Notes: a model not told the origin generated them from the sequence alone. A stretch of 64,000 nucleotides of DNA from Betaproteobacteria bacterium (GCA_031362885.1 JANLTJ010000261.1:9326-73325); one strand, 5' to 3'; positions 42,168-54,206 are shown, counted from the stretch's first letter. Program-made: numbers and translations.

Positions 42168-42671
42168 ATGGCAATACTGGCAATCATTCACTACCCTGAT
42201 CCTCGCTTGAACAAGAAAGCTGCGCCCGTGCTTGAAGTGGACGACAGCATCCGCAGACTGGTGGGAGATATGGCGCAAACCATGTATTCCGCGCCAGGCA
42301 TTGGACTTGCCGCGACTCAAATCGATGTACACAAAGAAATCATCGTGATCGACATCTCGGAAACACACGATCAATTGATGGTATTCATTAATCCGAAGAT
42401 CCTGGAATCAAGGGGGCAGGCCGATTGTGAGGAGGGCTGCCTGTCCGTACCGGGTATTTTCGAGAAAGTTACCCGCGCCGAATGGGTGAAAGTGCAGGCA
42501 CTCGGCCTGGATGGGAAACCCTTCCGGATCGAGAGCGACGGGCTGCTCGCGGTGTGTATTCAACACGAAATAGATCATCTGAAAGGCAAAGTTTTTGTCG
42601 AGTATTTGTCGAAGCTCAAGCAGAAGCGCATCGCGGGTAAGTTGAAAAAGCAGCAACGGCAAACGCTTTAA
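42168..42671 (+). CDS. def: peptide deformylase
   Basis: Track ORF starts at TTG 42156; ATG 42168 ([14 protein letters not shown]) is preferred. Motifs [13 protein letters not shown] and HEIDH. Confidence 0.95.
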   Translation: MAILAIIHYPDPRLNKKAAPVLEVDDSIRRLVGDMAQTMYSAPGIGLAATQIDVHKEIIVIDISETHDQLMVFINPKILESRGQADCEEGCLSVPGIFEKVTRAEWVKVQALGLDGKPFRIESDGLLAVCIQHEIDHLKGKVFVEYLSKLKQKRIAGKLKKQQRQTL

Positions 42672-43600
42672 TGCGCATCGCGTTTGCAGGTACGCCGGCG
42701 TTTGCCGCAGTGGCGTTGGAGGCCCTGGTGGATGCCAGTTTCGATCTAGTGTTAGTGCTCACTCAGCCTGATCGTCCAGCCGGACGTGGACTGCATGAAT
42801 TGCAAAGCGACGTAAAGCAAACAGCACTACGCTTGGGGCTGCCTTTGGCGCAACCGCGCGGCTTGCGCGAAGAAGAGATCAGGAATCAACTGCGTTCGGT
42901 CAGTGCCGAAGCAATGGTCGTCGCGGCCTACGGATTAATACTCCCGGGCGCCGTGCTGGATCTTTTTCCGGTCGGCTGTATTAACATTCATGCTTCGCTG
43001 TTGCCGCGCTGGCGCGGCGCGGCGCCGATTCAACGTGCCATCCTGGCCGGCGATCAGGAAACCGGGATATCCATCATGCGCATGGATCAAGGGCTCGATA
43101 CCGGTCCAGTCTATCTGACCAAGGCGACTCCGATTTTGCCAGCCGATACCGCAGGATCCCTGCACGATCGGCTTTGCCAATTAGGTGCGTCGTGCGTCGT
43201 ACAGGCGCTCACCCAGATTGCCGATGGCTCGCTGACTCCAGCAGCACAGGCGGACGAAGGGATCGTCTATGCACACAAGATAGCTAAAGCCGAAGCGGCA
43301 ATCGACTGGCGGCAGGAGGCACTTCTGGTGGATCGTCAGGTTCGTGCGTTTAATCCTGTTCCGGGCGCTTTCAGCCTGCTGAATGGCGAACCGGTGAAAA
43401 TTTGGCGCGCTCTCGCCCGTGACGCAGGCGAGGGCGATCCAGGCAAAATTGTTGATTGCACGTCGGAGGGTATCGATGTTGCCTGCGGCCGAGGAATATT
43501 GACCATAACGGAGCTGCAGAAAGCGGGCGGCCGGCGTCTCAGTGCCGCCGATTTCCTGCGCGGTTCATTGCTCAAGCCGGGCGAGCGTTTCGTAACCTGA
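42671..43600 (+). CDS. fmt: methionyl-tRNA formyltransferase
   Basis: 309 aa. [29 protein letters not shown], and a TAATG overlap with def. Confidence 0.95.
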   Translation: MRIAFAGTPAFAAVALEALVDASFDLVLVLTQPDRPAGRGLHELQSDVKQTALRLGLPLAQPRGLREEEIRNQLRSVSAEAMVVAAYGLILPGAVLDLFPVGCINIHASLLPRWRGAAPIQRAILAGDQETGISIMRMDQGLDTGPVYLTKATPILPADTAGSLHDRLCQLGASCVVQALTQIADGSLTPAAQADEGIVYAHKIAKAEAAIDWRQEALLVDRQVRAFNPVPGAFSLLNGEPVKIWRALARDAGEGDPGKIVDCTSEGIDVACGRGILTITELQKAGGRRLSAADFLRGSLLKPGERFVT

Positions 43601-43612
43601 GCTGCTCGATCA

Positions 43613-44878
43613 GTGCACGAAATTCAGCAACTCGCCGCTCAAACGCTTGGCAAGGTCCTGTCTGGGAGCAGCCTCAACGCGGCGCTCGATCTGGTATGGC
43701 GGAGTAATCGACAGTTGGGGGCGCCTGAGCGCGGGGCCATCCAGGACATCTGCTACGGAACACTGCGCCATCTGGGTAAACTTAACGCAGTTCTCGATCA
43801 ACTGGCCACAAAGCCAATTGCCCGTTACGAATTGCGCAACCTGTTGCTCGCCGCGCTCTATCAACTGGAATACAGCAAGACCGCGCCATACGCAGTAGTT
43901 AATGGCGCGGTTGAAAGTGCCGTGCAGCTCGGTGGAGAGCACGTCCGCTCTTTTGCCAATGCCGTGCTGCGTAACTATCAACGTCGGCGCGAAGTGTTGC
44001 GGGCGCATGCCGAAGCGAGCGATGAGGGACGCTTTTCTTACCCCAAGTGGTGGATTGACAGAATAAAAAACGATTTCGGATCCGATGCTGAGCGCATTCT
44101 CGAAATCGGCAACGTTCATCCGCCGATGACATTGCGGGTGAATATTCGCCGGGGCAGCTCTGGCGACTACCTGAATCGAATGCACCTGTCAGGCATTGGG
44201 GCGCGCCAACTCGGCAATGGCGCGCTGCTTCTGGAGCGGCCAGTGCCGGTTGACAAGCTGCCGGGATTTGGGGAAGGCGCGGTGTCGGTTCAGGATGCGG
44301 GTGCCCAGCTGGCAGCCACGTTGATGGACGTCCGGGACGCAATGCGTGTGCTCGATGCCTGCGCCGCCCCGGGTGGCAAGACCGCACATATCCTGGAACT
44401 CGCGGATGTCGAAATGGTTTCGCTTGATGCGGATGCGGTGCGCCTGCAACGCGTGGGCTCGAATATTGAACGGTTGGGACTGCGTGCAAGGCTGCAAGCG
44501 GTCGATGCAGCCGTTCTGGAGCTCTGGTGGGACGGTAAGCCATTTGATCGGGTACTGCTTGATGCACCTTGTTCGGCGTCAGGGGTAGTGCGCCGCCATC
44601 CGGATATCAAGTGGCTCAGGAGACCATCTGACATTGCCGCATTTGTGCACCAGCAGGAACGCCTGATGGAAGCCTTGTGGAAGGTCGTCGCCCGTGGTGG
44701 TAAATTGCTTTACGCGACTTGTTCGCTGTTTCGCGAAGAAAATTGCGACGTGATTGGCAAATTTGCGGAGCGTCACCCTGACGCCCGTATTCTGGGAGGA
44801 ATGCCGGGGCGCGACGGTTTGTTGCTTCCGGACGACGAGCACGATGGCTTCTATTACGCCCTCTTCCAGAAAGATTAA
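43613..44878 (+). CDS. rsmB: 16S rRNA m5C967 methyltransferase RsmB (Sun)
   Basis: 421 aa. NusB-like N domain, SAM fold DACAAPGGKT, catalytic DAPCSASGVVRRHPD and ATCS. Confidence 0.9.
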   Translation: MHEIQQLAAQTLGKVLSGSSLNAALDLVWRSNRQLGAPERGAIQDICYGTLRHLGKLNAVLDQLATKPIARYELRNLLLAALYQLEYSKTAPYAVVNGAVESAVQLGGEHVRSFANAVLRNYQRRREVLRAHAEASDEGRFSYPKWWIDRIKNDFGSDAERILEIGNVHPPMTLRVNIRRGSSGDYLNRMHLSGIGARQLGNGALLLERPVPVDKLPGFGEGAVSVQDAGAQLAATLMDVRDAMRVLDACAAPGGKTAHILELADVEMVSLDADAVRLQRVGSNIERLGLRARLQAVDAAVLELWWDGKPFDRVLLDAPCSASGVVRRHPDIKWLRRPSDIAAFVHQQERLMEALWKVVARGGKLLYATCSLFREENCDVIGKFAERHPDARILGGMPGRDGLLLPDDEHDGFYYALFQKD

Positions 44879-45431
44879 AAGGTTGCGCTGGCTTGTAGCG
44901 CTGTGCGCCTTCTGGTGCGCCACGCTGCTGGGTTCCGACGAGGGAGTCCACGTCAAGTCCGCAGAGATTTCCCGCAACGGGGACAACTACTTCCTCGAAG
45001 CGAATTTCGCGGTCAAACTGACCAGCACACTTGAAGACGCGCTCAACAAGGGCTTGCCGCTGCATTTTGTCACCGAATTCGAGCTGATCCACCCGCGCTG
45101 GTACACGCTCTATCTTTGGAACAAGTCGGTACTCGAATTCGAGCAGCGCTATCGGCTTTCTTATAACGCGCTTACCCGGCAGTACCGGTTGTCGAATGGC
45201 GCTCTCCACCAGAATCTCGATACCATGGATGAGGCGCTGAAGCTGATTGGCCAGGTCCGGCCGCGGCTGCTGGCCAGCGCCGACATGCTCGATGACGGGA
45301 AAATCTACGAAGCGGTGATCCGCCTGCGGCTTGATGTTTCCCATCTGCCCAAGCCGCTTCAGATTGATGCTCTGGCTTCCCGCGATTGGAATCTAGCTTC
45401 GGACTGGTATCGATGGACGGTGACTCCATGA
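44844..45431 (+). CDS. DUF4390 domain protein
   Basis: Track ORF 44754..45431. Internal ATG 44844 gives a signal-like N-terminus. The protein contains PRWY...YRLSYNALTRQYRL, which I associate with DUF4390, found between rsmB and ntrY. The start is uncertain, with a 35-nt overlap with rsmB. Confidence 0.6.
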   Translation: MASITPSSRKIKRLRWLVALCAFWCATLLGSDEGVHVKSAEISRNGDNYFLEANFAVKLTSTLEDALNKGLPLHFVTEFELIHPRWYTLYLWNKSVLEFEQRYRLSYNALTRQYRLSNGALHQNLDTMDEALKLIGQVRPRLLASADMLDDGKIYEAVIRLRLDVSHLPKPLQIDALASRDWNLASDWYRWTVTP

Positions 45432-47626
45432 CGCTGGCACGCCGCATCCGCAAATCGTTGCTCAGCCGCGGTATGCAGCTTTTGATCACGCTGGTCCTGT
45501 TGCTCGGAGCGGTGATGCTGTACCTGCTGTCCGGCGCCAGTGCCAATACGCCCTGGTTCTCCGGCGACCTGCCGTTGCTGCTGGCTTTCGGCGTCGGTGC
45601 CGTTCTCCTCCTTATGCTCGCGGTCGGCTATCAGTTGCTGATCCTGCGCCGGCGACTCAAGGCACGTGTGTTTGGTTCCAAGCTGACGTTGCGCCTGGTG
45701 CTGCTTTTTGCCCTGGTTGCCGTGTTGCCCGGTGCGCTGGTCTACGCGGTGTCGGTTCAATTCCTGTCGCGTTCCATTGAATCGTGGTTCGACGTGCGAG
45801 TGGAAAAAGCGCTGGAAGGCGGTCTGAGCCTGGGCCGGGCGAATCTGGACAACATGCTCACGGAGTTGCAGCGTAAAGCGGAATCCATGAGTATGCTGCT
45901 TTCGGCGCGCGCGGTTCCGCGCCAGGTCGCAGCGCTGAACATCCTGCGCGAGCAGGCAGCGGTCAACGAAGCAACCCTTTTTCGCACCGATGGTTCGGTT
46001 GTCGCATTTTCCATCGGTGAATCCGCGAACCTTGCTCCGGACATGCCGTCTCCGTCCATGATCCATCGGGTTCGCATGCAACAGCCCTATCGCGCGATCG
46101 AAGCTCTTGGCGAGAGCGGTTTGCAGCTTCGCGTTCTGGTTCCGGTAAACGACGTAGCGGGAGCAACCTTGCTGTTGCAGCTCATACAACCGGTGCCTGC
46201 GTTACTCACACGGGATGCCCAGACCGTGCAGGAAATCTATCGCGACTATCAGGAACTTTCGCTGTCGCGGCTTGGGTTGAAGCGACTGTATGCGATGACA
46301 CTGACGCTGTCGTTGCTGCTGGCATTGCTGTCCGCATTGCTGCTGGCGATAGTCTTCAGCGGCCGGCTGTCGGCCCCGCTTGGCGTGCTTGCCGCCGGAA
46401 CACGCGCCGTTGCGCAGGGTGACTTCAGTCAACGACAAACCATCAAATCCCACGACGAACTCGGACTATTGACCGAATCCTTTAACATCATGACCATGCA
46501 GCTTGCCGAAGCCCAGGCCGATGCGCAGCGCAATCAAGGTCAGGTCGCTGCTGCCAAGGCTTATCTGGAAAGCCTGCTCGGCAATCTTTCTGCAGGCGTA
46601 CTGTCGTTCGATGCCGGTTCTCGATTGCGCTCAGCAAACCGCAGCGCGGAGCAAATTCTTGGCGTGGCGGTAAGCGAATTGTTTTCCACGCATCCCCGAG
46701 AATGGGCCGACCGTGAACCGCGGCTCGCCGTGATCGGCAATGCCCTGCAGGAAGCGTTTCTGAAAGCCAGCAATGAGCCTTGGGAAACCCAAGTGGAATT
46801 ATCCGGGGTTGCCGGCCCGCAAGTGCTGCTGCTTCGCGTATCCACCCTCCCGGTGGGAGAGCAAACCGGCATGGTCGTGGTGTTTGATGACATCACCCGT
46901 ATGCGGCAGGCACAACGCCTCGCGGCGTGGGGTGAAGTGGCGCAACGCCTTGCGCACGAAATCAAGAATCCGCTGACTCCGATTCAGCTCTCCGCGGAGC
47001 GCTTACAACAGCGTCTGGCCGACAAGCTTGCCGGCCCTGACGCTGAAATTTTGAATCGATTGACCCAGACCATCGTGAACCAGGTGGGGTCACTCAAAGC
47101 GCTGGTGGATGCATTTACGCTGTACGCGAGATCTCCCGAGCCGCAGTTGCAGCCACTGGATTTGAATCTGTTGACGCGAGAGGTCGTCGGACTGTACGAG
47201 TCTTCGCGTTCTCTGATGCAACTGCTCCTGGCAGCCAATCTGCCGCTGATTTCGGGCGATCCCGCCAAACTGAGACAGGTCATTCATAATCTCCTGCAAA
47301 ACGCCGAGCATGCGCTCGCCGATGTCGCCGCACCGCGCATCGTGGTGAAAACCGAGGCGGTCAATGCGGGGGTACTGCTGACCATGAGCGACAACGGACC
47401 GGGATTTCCAGAGGCTGTGATCAGCCGGGCGTTCGAGCCCTACGTGACAACGAAAGCAAGAGGGACAGGACTTGGATTGGCAATCGTCAAGAAAATCGTC
47501 GAAGAACACAATGGCAGCATCGCGGTGGCGAATGCTGCGCACGGTGGTGCCATCGTGTCGATAGTTTTCCCGCTCGCCCAAGCGCAGGTTGTGCCGATGC
47601 GAGTCAACCGGCAGGCGGGAAGATGA
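45428..47626 (+). CDS. ntrY: NtrY-like sensor histidine kinase (TM-HAMP-PAS-HisKA-HATPase)
   Basis: Track ORF 45386..47626. ATG 45428 overlaps the upstream stop (ATGA). It has four N-terminal TM helices, a HAMP domain, the H-box LAHEIKNPLTPI, and an N/G box (NLLQNA, DNGPGF, GTGLGL). Confidence 0.8.
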   Translation: MTLARRIRKSLLSRGMQLLITLVLLLGAVMLYLLSGASANTPWFSGDLPLLLAFGVGAVLLLMLAVGYQLLILRRRLKARVFGSKLTLRLVLLFALVAVLPGALVYAVSVQFLSRSIESWFDVRVEKALEGGLSLGRANLDNMLTELQRKAESMSMLLSARAVPRQVAALNILREQAAVNEATLFRTDGSVVAFSIGESANLAPDMPSPSMIHRVRMQQPYRAIEALGESGLQLRVLVPVNDVAGATLLLQLIQPVPALLTRDAQTVQEIYRDYQELSLSRLGLKRLYAMTLTLSLLLALLSALLLAIVFSGRLSAPLGVLAAGTRAVAQGDFSQRQTIKSHDELGLLTESFNIMTMQLAEAQADAQRNQGQVAAAKAYLESLLGNLSAGVLSFDAGSRLRSANRSAEQILGVAVSELFSTHPREWADREPRLAVIGNALQEAFLKASNEPWETQVELSGVAGPQVLLLRVSTLPVGEQTGMVVVFDDITRMRQAQRLAAWGEVAQRLAHEIKNPLTPIQLSAERLQQRLADKLAGPDAEILNRLTQTIVNQVGSLKALVDAFTLYARSPEPQLQPLDLNLLTREVVGLYESSRSLMQLLLAANLPLISGDPAKLRQVIHNLLQNAEHALADVAAPRIVVKTEAVNAGVLLTMSDNGPGFPEAVISRAFEPYVTTKARGTGLGLAIVKKIVEEHNGSIAVANAAHGGAIVSIVFPLAQAQVVPMRVNRQAGR

Positions 47627-48882
47627 GTCAGATACTGGTCGTCGACGATGAAGTCGGCATCCGCGAACTGCTGTCTGAAATCCTGCGCGACGAGGGACAC
47701 CAGGTCAGATTGGCGCAGAACGCAACAGAGGCGCGGCAACTGCGCGGCCACGCCCGGCCGGACCTGGTCTTGCTCGATATCTGGATGCCGGATACCGACG
47801 GCATCACCCTGCTCAAGGAGTGGGCCAGTACCGGCCAATTGACCATGCCCGTGGTCATGATGTCGGGTCACGGCACCATCGATACCGCAGTGGAAGCCAC
47901 GCGCATCGGGGCCTATGCTTTTCTGGAAAAACCGATAGCTCTGCAGAAGTTGCTAAGCACCGTCGGAAGTGCACTGAAGCAGGGCTCGTTGCTGAGCAAT
48001 GTGGCGGCCGTACCGGCGACGGTTGGCAGATCCCGGGCCGTGGAATTGTTGCGCGCCCAGATCGAGCGCCTGCGCGCCCTGAAGTCCTCGGTTTTGTTCG
48101 TCGGTGAGCCCGGAGTGGGCAAGGAACAGTGCGCACGGCTGCTGCGCCAGCCCAACATGGCGTGGGTTACCGCGGAAGACTATTCGATTCTTGATCGCAC
48201 GGAACCCAATCTCGCTGGCGACGCATCGGATGGCCTTATGTTTTTGCGAGAGGTGACGGGATTGACGCGAGCCCAGCAGAAGAATCTGCTCAATCAAACG
48301 TTGAAGCTCGAGCGCAACAATATGAGGTTGCTGTCGTCGAGCCGGCTGGATCTGGCGGAAATGGTCGGCAAAGGTGAATTCGATTCCCGGCTTTACTCCA
48401 TTTTGGCCGGAGTCATTGTGCGCCTGCCAACACTGCGTGAACGCGCGGAGGACGTCCCCGAACTCGCCAATCTTGTTCTGTCACACGTCATCGAATCGAA
48501 GGAGGTGCCGGCGCGCAGCTTCAATACCGCCGCACTGAACGCGCTGCGAAATTATCACTGGCCGGGGAATCTGGTACAGCTCGAAAGCGTCGTAAAGACG
48601 GTTGCGCAGCTTGCTCTGGGAAGCGAAATCGGAGTAGCGGACGTGACCAACGCGTTGGCACGTCTTGAGGCGCCGCTGGCCGGCGTGACGCAGATGTTGC
48701 CGCTGGATGGCGGGTTGCGCGAGGCCCGCGAAGCCTTCGAGCGCGCGTATTTTGAATATCATCTGGGTCGTGAAGGCGGCAACATGAGCCGTGTCGCCGA
48801 CCGCGTCGGGCTGGAGCGCACACATCTGTATCGCAAGCTGAAACAATTGGGCGTAAAGCTTCCCAGTCGCTCGGATGAATGA
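47623..48882 (+). CDS. ntrX: NtrX-like response regulator (REC + degenerate AAA+ + Fis-type HTH)
   Basis: 419 aa. REC with DLVLLDIWMPD, Walker A-like GEPGVGKE, Walker B replaced by MFLREV, no GAFTGA loop, and a C-terminal HTH (NMSRVADRVGLERTHLYRKLKQLG). Confidence 0.75.
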   Translation: MSQILVVDDEVGIRELLSEILRDEGHQVRLAQNATEARQLRGHARPDLVLLDIWMPDTDGITLLKEWASTGQLTMPVVMMSGHGTIDTAVEATRIGAYAFLEKPIALQKLLSTVGSALKQGSLLSNVAAVPATVGRSRAVELLRAQIERLRALKSSVLFVGEPGVGKEQCARLLRQPNMAWVTAEDYSILDRTEPNLAGDASDGLMFLREVTGLTRAQQKNLLNQTLKLERNNMRLLSSSRLDLAEMVGKGEFDSRLYSILAGVIVRLPTLRERAEDVPELANLVLSHVIESKEVPARSFNTAALNALRNYHWPGNLVQLESVVKTVAQLALGSEIGVADVTNALARLEAPLAGVTQMLPLDGGLREAREAFERAYFEYHLGREGGNMSRVADRVGLERTHLYRKLKQLGVKLPSRSDE

Positions 48883-48964
48883 TCCGGGCCGCACTTCGCT
48901 AGACTAGCGCCCCGTCCGTCCTGGGATGGTCCGGGGCTTACTTACCGTACTCAAAAAGGAAGAC

Positions 48965-50950
48965 ATGGCAACCCGAATTGAACTGGCCAATGCGATACGC
49001 GCGCTGGCCATGGACGCAGTACAGAAAGCCAACTCCGGCCATCCGGGCATGCCGATGGGCATGGCGGAAATTGCCGAAGTCCTGTGGAATCAGCATCTAC
49101 GCCACAATCCGGCCAATCCACTATGGGCCGATCGTGACCGCTTCGTGTTGTCCAACGGCCACGGTTCCATGCTGCTGTATGCGCTGCTGCATCTGAGCGG
49201 CTATGCACTGCCGCTTGAGGAGATCAAACGTTTCCGCCAGTTGCATTCCCTGACTCCCGGCCATCCCGAATACGGCATGACACCGGGGGTGGAAACAACC
49301 ACCGGCCCACTGGGCCAGGGCATCTGCAACGCGGTCGGCATGGCGCTTGCCGAGCAGCTGTTGGCGGCGCACTTCAACCGCCCGGGACACGCGATCGTGG
49401 ACCATCGCACCTATGTTTTCCTTGGCGACGGCTGCCTGATGGAAGGTATCTCGCACGAGGCCTGTTCACTGGCGGGAACGCTTGGACTGGGCAAGCTGAT
49501 CGGGTTCTACGACGATAATGGCATTTCCATCGATGGTCCTGTCTCAGGCTGGTTTACCGACGATACCCCTAAGCGCTTTGAAGCCTACGGCTGGCATGTG
49601 GTGCGCAATGTCGATGGCCACGATGTACAGGCGATTCATGCCGCCATCGAAGCCAGCAAGAATTCGCGCGACAAGCCTAGCCTGATTTGCTGCAAGACCG
49701 TCATCGGCAAAGGATCGCCCAATAAGGCCGGAAGCCACGATGTTCATGGCGCCGCGCTCGGCGACAAGGAAGTTTCCGCGACGCGCGCGCATATTAGATG
49801 GAATCACGTGCCATTTGAGATTCCCGCCGATATCTATGCGGGCTGGGATGCGCGCCTCAGAGGCAAGCAGCAGGAAACTGCATGGCATACCCGGTTCGCT
49901 GCCTATGCGGGGGCTTTCCCCGAACTGGCCACCGAATTCCGGCGGCGCATGGCCGGAGAACTGCCTGCGGGCTGGAGTGAGCACGCCAATCGCTTTCTCG
50001 CCAGCGTCAACAGCAAGGCCGAGACCATTGCGAGCCGCAAAGCGTCGCAGAACTCGATCGAAGCGCTGGCACCGCTGCTGCCCGAGCTGGTCGGCGGTTC
50101 CGCCGACCTTGCGGGTTCGAATCTCACGTTGTGGTCGGGCTCCAAAGGCGTCGCAAAAGGCAGCGGCGGCAACTATGTTTACTACGGTGTGCGTGAATTC
50201 GGCATGTCCGCGATCATGAACGGAATAGCGCTGCATGGTGGACTGATCCCCTACGGCGCCACCTTTCTCACCTTTTCCGATTATTCGCGTAACGCGCTGC
50301 GCATGGCCGCGCTCATGAAGATTCGCAGTCTGTTCATCTTCACCCACGATTCCATCGGCCTCGGTGAAGACGGACCCACGCACCAATCGGTGGAGCATGC
50401 GGCCAGCCTGCGCCTGATTCCTCATCTGGATGTCTGGCGGCCCTGTGACACCGTCGAATCGGCGGCAGCGTGGATTGCGGCGCTTGAACGCCGCGACGGT
50501 CCGGCGTGCCTGCTGTTTTCGCGGCAGAACCTGCCGTTTCAACGGCGAGATGGCAAAAGCATCAAGAACATCGCCCGCGGCGCTTACATCCTTTCGGATG
50601 CGGTTAACCCGAAAGCGATCATCATCGCCACCGGATCGGAAGTCGCGCTGGCCATGGCCGCGCAGAAAATGCTCGCGGACAGCGGGCTTGCGGTCAGGGT
50701 CGTGTCGATGCCCTGTACCAATGTATTTGACCGCCAGGATGCCGCTTACCGGGAAGACGTGCTGCCCACGGGAATCAAGCGGGTAGCGGTGGAAGCCGGA
50801 GTGACCGACATCTGGCGTAAGTATGTCGGACTCGAGGGCGAAGTCATCGGACTAGATCGCTTTGGTGAATCGGCGCCTGCCGGCGATTTGTTCAAGTTCT
50901 TCGGCATCACCGCGGAAGCGGTTGTCGCAGCGGTCAAGCGCCTGCTCTAA
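48965..50950 (+). CDS. tkt: transketolase
   Basis: Track ORF 48926..50950. Internal ATG 48965 ([28 protein letters not shown]) gives 661 aa. TPP motif [10 protein letters not shown]. Confidence 0.95.
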   Translation: MATRIELANAIRALAMDAVQKANSGHPGMPMGMAEIAEVLWNQHLRHNPANPLWADRDRFVLSNGHGSMLLYALLHLSGYALPLEEIKRFRQLHSLTPGHPEYGMTPGVETTTGPLGQGICNAVGMALAEQLLAAHFNRPGHAIVDHRTYVFLGDGCLMEGISHEACSLAGTLGLGKLIGFYDDNGISIDGPVSGWFTDDTPKRFEAYGWHVVRNVDGHDVQAIHAAIEASKNSRDKPSLICCKTVIGKGSPNKAGSHDVHGAALGDKEVSATRAHIRWNHVPFEIPADIYAGWDARLRGKQQETAWHTRFAAYAGAFPELATEFRRRMAGELPAGWSEHANRFLASVNSKAETIASRKASQNSIEALAPLLPELVGGSADLAGSNLTLWSGSKGVAKGSGGNYVYYGVREFGMSAIMNGIALHGGLIPYGATFLTFSDYSRNALRMAALMKIRSLFIFTHDSIGLGEDGPTHQSVEHAASLRLIPHLDVWRPCDTVESAAAWIAALERRDGPACLLFSRQNLPFQRRDGKSIKNIARGAYILSDAVNPKAIIIATGSEVALAMAAQKMLADSGLAVRVVSMPCTNVFDRQDAAYREDVLPTGIKRVAVEAGVTDIWRKYVGLEGEVIGLDRFGESAPAGDLFKFFGITAEAVVAAVKRLL

Positions 50951-50965
50951 AGTGGGCCTGATGCC

Positions 50966-51913
50966 ATGCGACTGGTAGCGGACATTGGTGGTACGAACCT
51001 TCGTCTGGCCCTGGTCGCCGCCGACTCGCTGCAGCCGCAGCAGGAAAAAGTGCTGCGATGTGCCGACTTTGACGGCTTGGAACAAGCCGTGCGCAGCTAC
51101 TTGGACGAATGCGGTCGCCCGGTGTTAAGCGAAGCCGCCATGGATGTCGCCACCGGGATTACCGGCGATTTCCTGCATCTGACCAACGGGCCCTGGGGAT
51201 TTTCCATTGAGCAGACGCGTCGCAATCTGGGCCTCGCGCGCCTGCAAGTCATCAACGATTTCACCGCCCTCGCCCTGGCGGTGCCGCAACTGCGCGCCGA
51301 TGAATTGCAGAGGATAGGCGCAGGCGAGGCGGTACCCGGCGCGTCCATAGCCGTTATTGGCGCAGGAACCGGGCTGGGTGTTTCCGGGTTGGTTCAGGTT
51401 GATGGACGCTGGGTCGCGCTGCAGGGAGAAGGCGGGCATACCGCATTCGCGCCGATGAACGAACGCGAGATCGGCGTGCTGCGCTGGCTGCGGCAGCAAT
51501 TCGATCATGTCTCCACGGAGCGGGTGGCGAGCGGTATGGGACTGGAGAATGTCTACCGGGCCTTGTGTGCCATGGACGGCGTGAGTCCAAGAGCACTGAC
51601 TCCGGAACAAATTACCGGCGCGGCCTTGTCCGGCAATGATGCGCAGTGCACGGAAGCCCTGGCCATGTTCTGCGCCGTTCTTGGCACCGCTGCGGCGAAT
51701 CTGGTGGTCACGCTGGGCGCGCGCGGTGGCTGCTATATCGGTGGCGGCATCGTGCCCAAGCTCGGAGACCATTTCCTCCGCTCGCCGTTTCGCTCCCGTT
51801 TTGAAACCAAAGGCAGATTCTCCGGCTATGTTGCCGCGGTGCCAACGTTCGTGATCCTGGCGCCGACACCTGCGCTGCGTGGCCTGGCAACGCTGCTTCA
51901 GAATTCCAGTTGA
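50966..51913 (+). CDS. glk: glucokinase
   Basis: 315 aa. ADIGGTN.R.AL N-terminal ATP-binding motif and the GEGGH block (LQGEGGHTAFAP). Confidence 0.85.
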   Translation: MRLVADIGGTNLRLALVAADSLQPQQEKVLRCADFDGLEQAVRSYLDECGRPVLSEAAMDVATGITGDFLHLTNGPWGFSIEQTRRNLGLARLQVINDFTALALAVPQLRADELQRIGAGEAVPGASIAVIGAGTGLGVSGLVQVDGRWVALQGEGGHTAFAPMNEREIGVLRWLRQQFDHVSTERVASGMGLENVYRALCAMDGVSPRALTPEQITGAALSGNDAQCTEALAMFCAVLGTAAANLVVTLGARGGCYIGGGIVPKLGDHFLRSPFRSRFETKGRFSGYVAAVPTFVILAPTPALRGLATLLQNSS

Positions 51914-51917
51914 AAAC

Positions 51918-52196
51918 ATGGACGTGATGATCGAAGTCATCGGCCTGACAGCCGGCGTGCTGACCACTACGGCCTTCATTCCGCAGGTGATGAAAATTTA
52001 TCGCACCAAGTCAGGCGAGGATGATTATCCTGTTCAGCGCCGGTATCGTGCTGTGGCTGATCTACGGAGTATTGCAGCGATCCCTGCCCCTGATACTTTC
52101 CAATGTGGTCACCCTGGTACTGTCGCTCGCCATCATCGCGCTCAAGATTTGTTATCGCCGCGGTTCGCGCGGTGAAGGAAAGGAAGATGCACCGCG

Positions 52197-52200
<4 letters not shown>
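51918..52200 (+). pseudogene. SemiSWEET (PQ-loop) sugar transporter gene interrupted by a frameshift
   Basis: Frame A (ATG 51918) gives MDVMIEVIGLTAGVLTTTAFIPQVMKIYRTKSGED, which is TM1 plus the PQ motif, and then degenerates. Frame B (ATG 52021, stop 52198-52200) gives MIILFSAGIVLWLIYGVLQRSLPLILSNVVTLVLSLAIIALKI..., which is TM2-TM3 of a SemiSWEET. The switch is near 52015-52022. Confidence 0.7.
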
Positions 52201-53312
<1,112 letters not shown>

Positions 53313-53324
53313 TGTTGACTCCTT

Positions 53325-54206
53325 TCAGCCCTTGACTGCGCCGGCGGTCAGGCCGCGCATGAAGTATTTCCCGGCGATTACATAGACCAGCAGGGTGGGC
53401 AAGCCGGCGATGATGGCAGCGGCCATGTCGACGTTGTATTCCTTGACCCCGGTTGACGTGTTTACCAGATTGTTGAGCGCGACCGTAATCGGTTGCCGCT
53501 CCCCCGAGGAGAACACCACGCCGAACAAAAAATCGTTCCAGATTTGCGTGAACTGCCAGATGATGCAGACCACGATGATCGGCGGCGACACCGGCAGGAT
53601 GATGCGCCAGAAGATCCGGAAAAACCCGGCACCATCAATGCGCGCTGCCTTGATCATTTCGTCCGGAATGGTGACGTAGAAATTGCGGAAGAACAGCGTG
53701 GTAAATGCGAGGCCGTACACCACATGCACGAATATCAGTCCGGCCGTCGTATTGGCAATACCCAGATACCCCAGGGTTTGCGCCATTGGCAGCAGCACAA
53801 CCTGAAACGGGATAAAGCAGCCGAGCAGCAGCAAGGTAAAGAACAGGTCGCTGCCGCGGAAACGCCACATGGTGAGGACGTAACCATTCATCGCGCCGAT
53901 CAGGGTCGAGATCAGCACCGCCGGTGCGACGAAACTCACCGAATTCCAGAAGTTTGCCTTCAATCCGTCGCAATCGGCCCCGGTGCAGGCGCTCGACCAG
54001 GCTTTGGCCCAGGCCTCGAACGTGATCTGTGCCGGCAAGGCGAGCAGATTGCCGCCCCTTATATCGTCCAGCGTCTTGAGCGAAGTCGTGATCATCACGA
54101 ACAGCGGCATCAGATAGTAAAGAGCGAACAGGATCAGCAGCGTGTAGACGACGATGCGGCCGAACAGGTAAGAGCCGGCGGACTGGGAGCGCTGGAATTC
54201 AGCCAC
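53325..54206 (-). CDS. carbohydrate ABC transporter permease (MalG-like)
   Basis: 293 aa, 6 TM helices, EAA loop (IKAARIDGAGFFRIFWRIILP). Confidence 0.85.
   Translation of the reverse strand: MAEFQRSQSAGSYLFGRIVVYTLLILFALYYLMPLFVMITTSLKTLDDIRGGNLLALPAQITFEAWAKAWSSACTGADCDGLKANFWNSVSFVAPAVLISTLIGAMNGYVLTMWRFRGSDLFFTLLLLGCFIPFQVVLLPMAQTLGYLGIANTTAGLIFVHVVYGLAFTTLFFRNFYVTIPDEMIKAARIDGAGFFRIFWRIILPVSPPIIVVCIIWQFTQIWNDFLFGVVFSSGERQPITVALNNLVNTSTGVKEYNVDMAAAIIAGLPTLLVYVIAGKYFMRGLTAGAVKG

Noticed and set aside
48909-48940. GCCCCG...CGGGGC hairpin after ntrX as a terminator
   Set aside because: The outer stem is only 6 bp with an irregular interior, followed by TTACTTA rather than a U tract. It is possible but not supportable by eye.
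50110-50126. GCGGGTTCGAATCTCAC, resembling a tRNA T-arm
   Set aside because: It lies in frame inside transketolase (encoding AGSNLT), and no acceptor or anticodon arms can be drawn around it.
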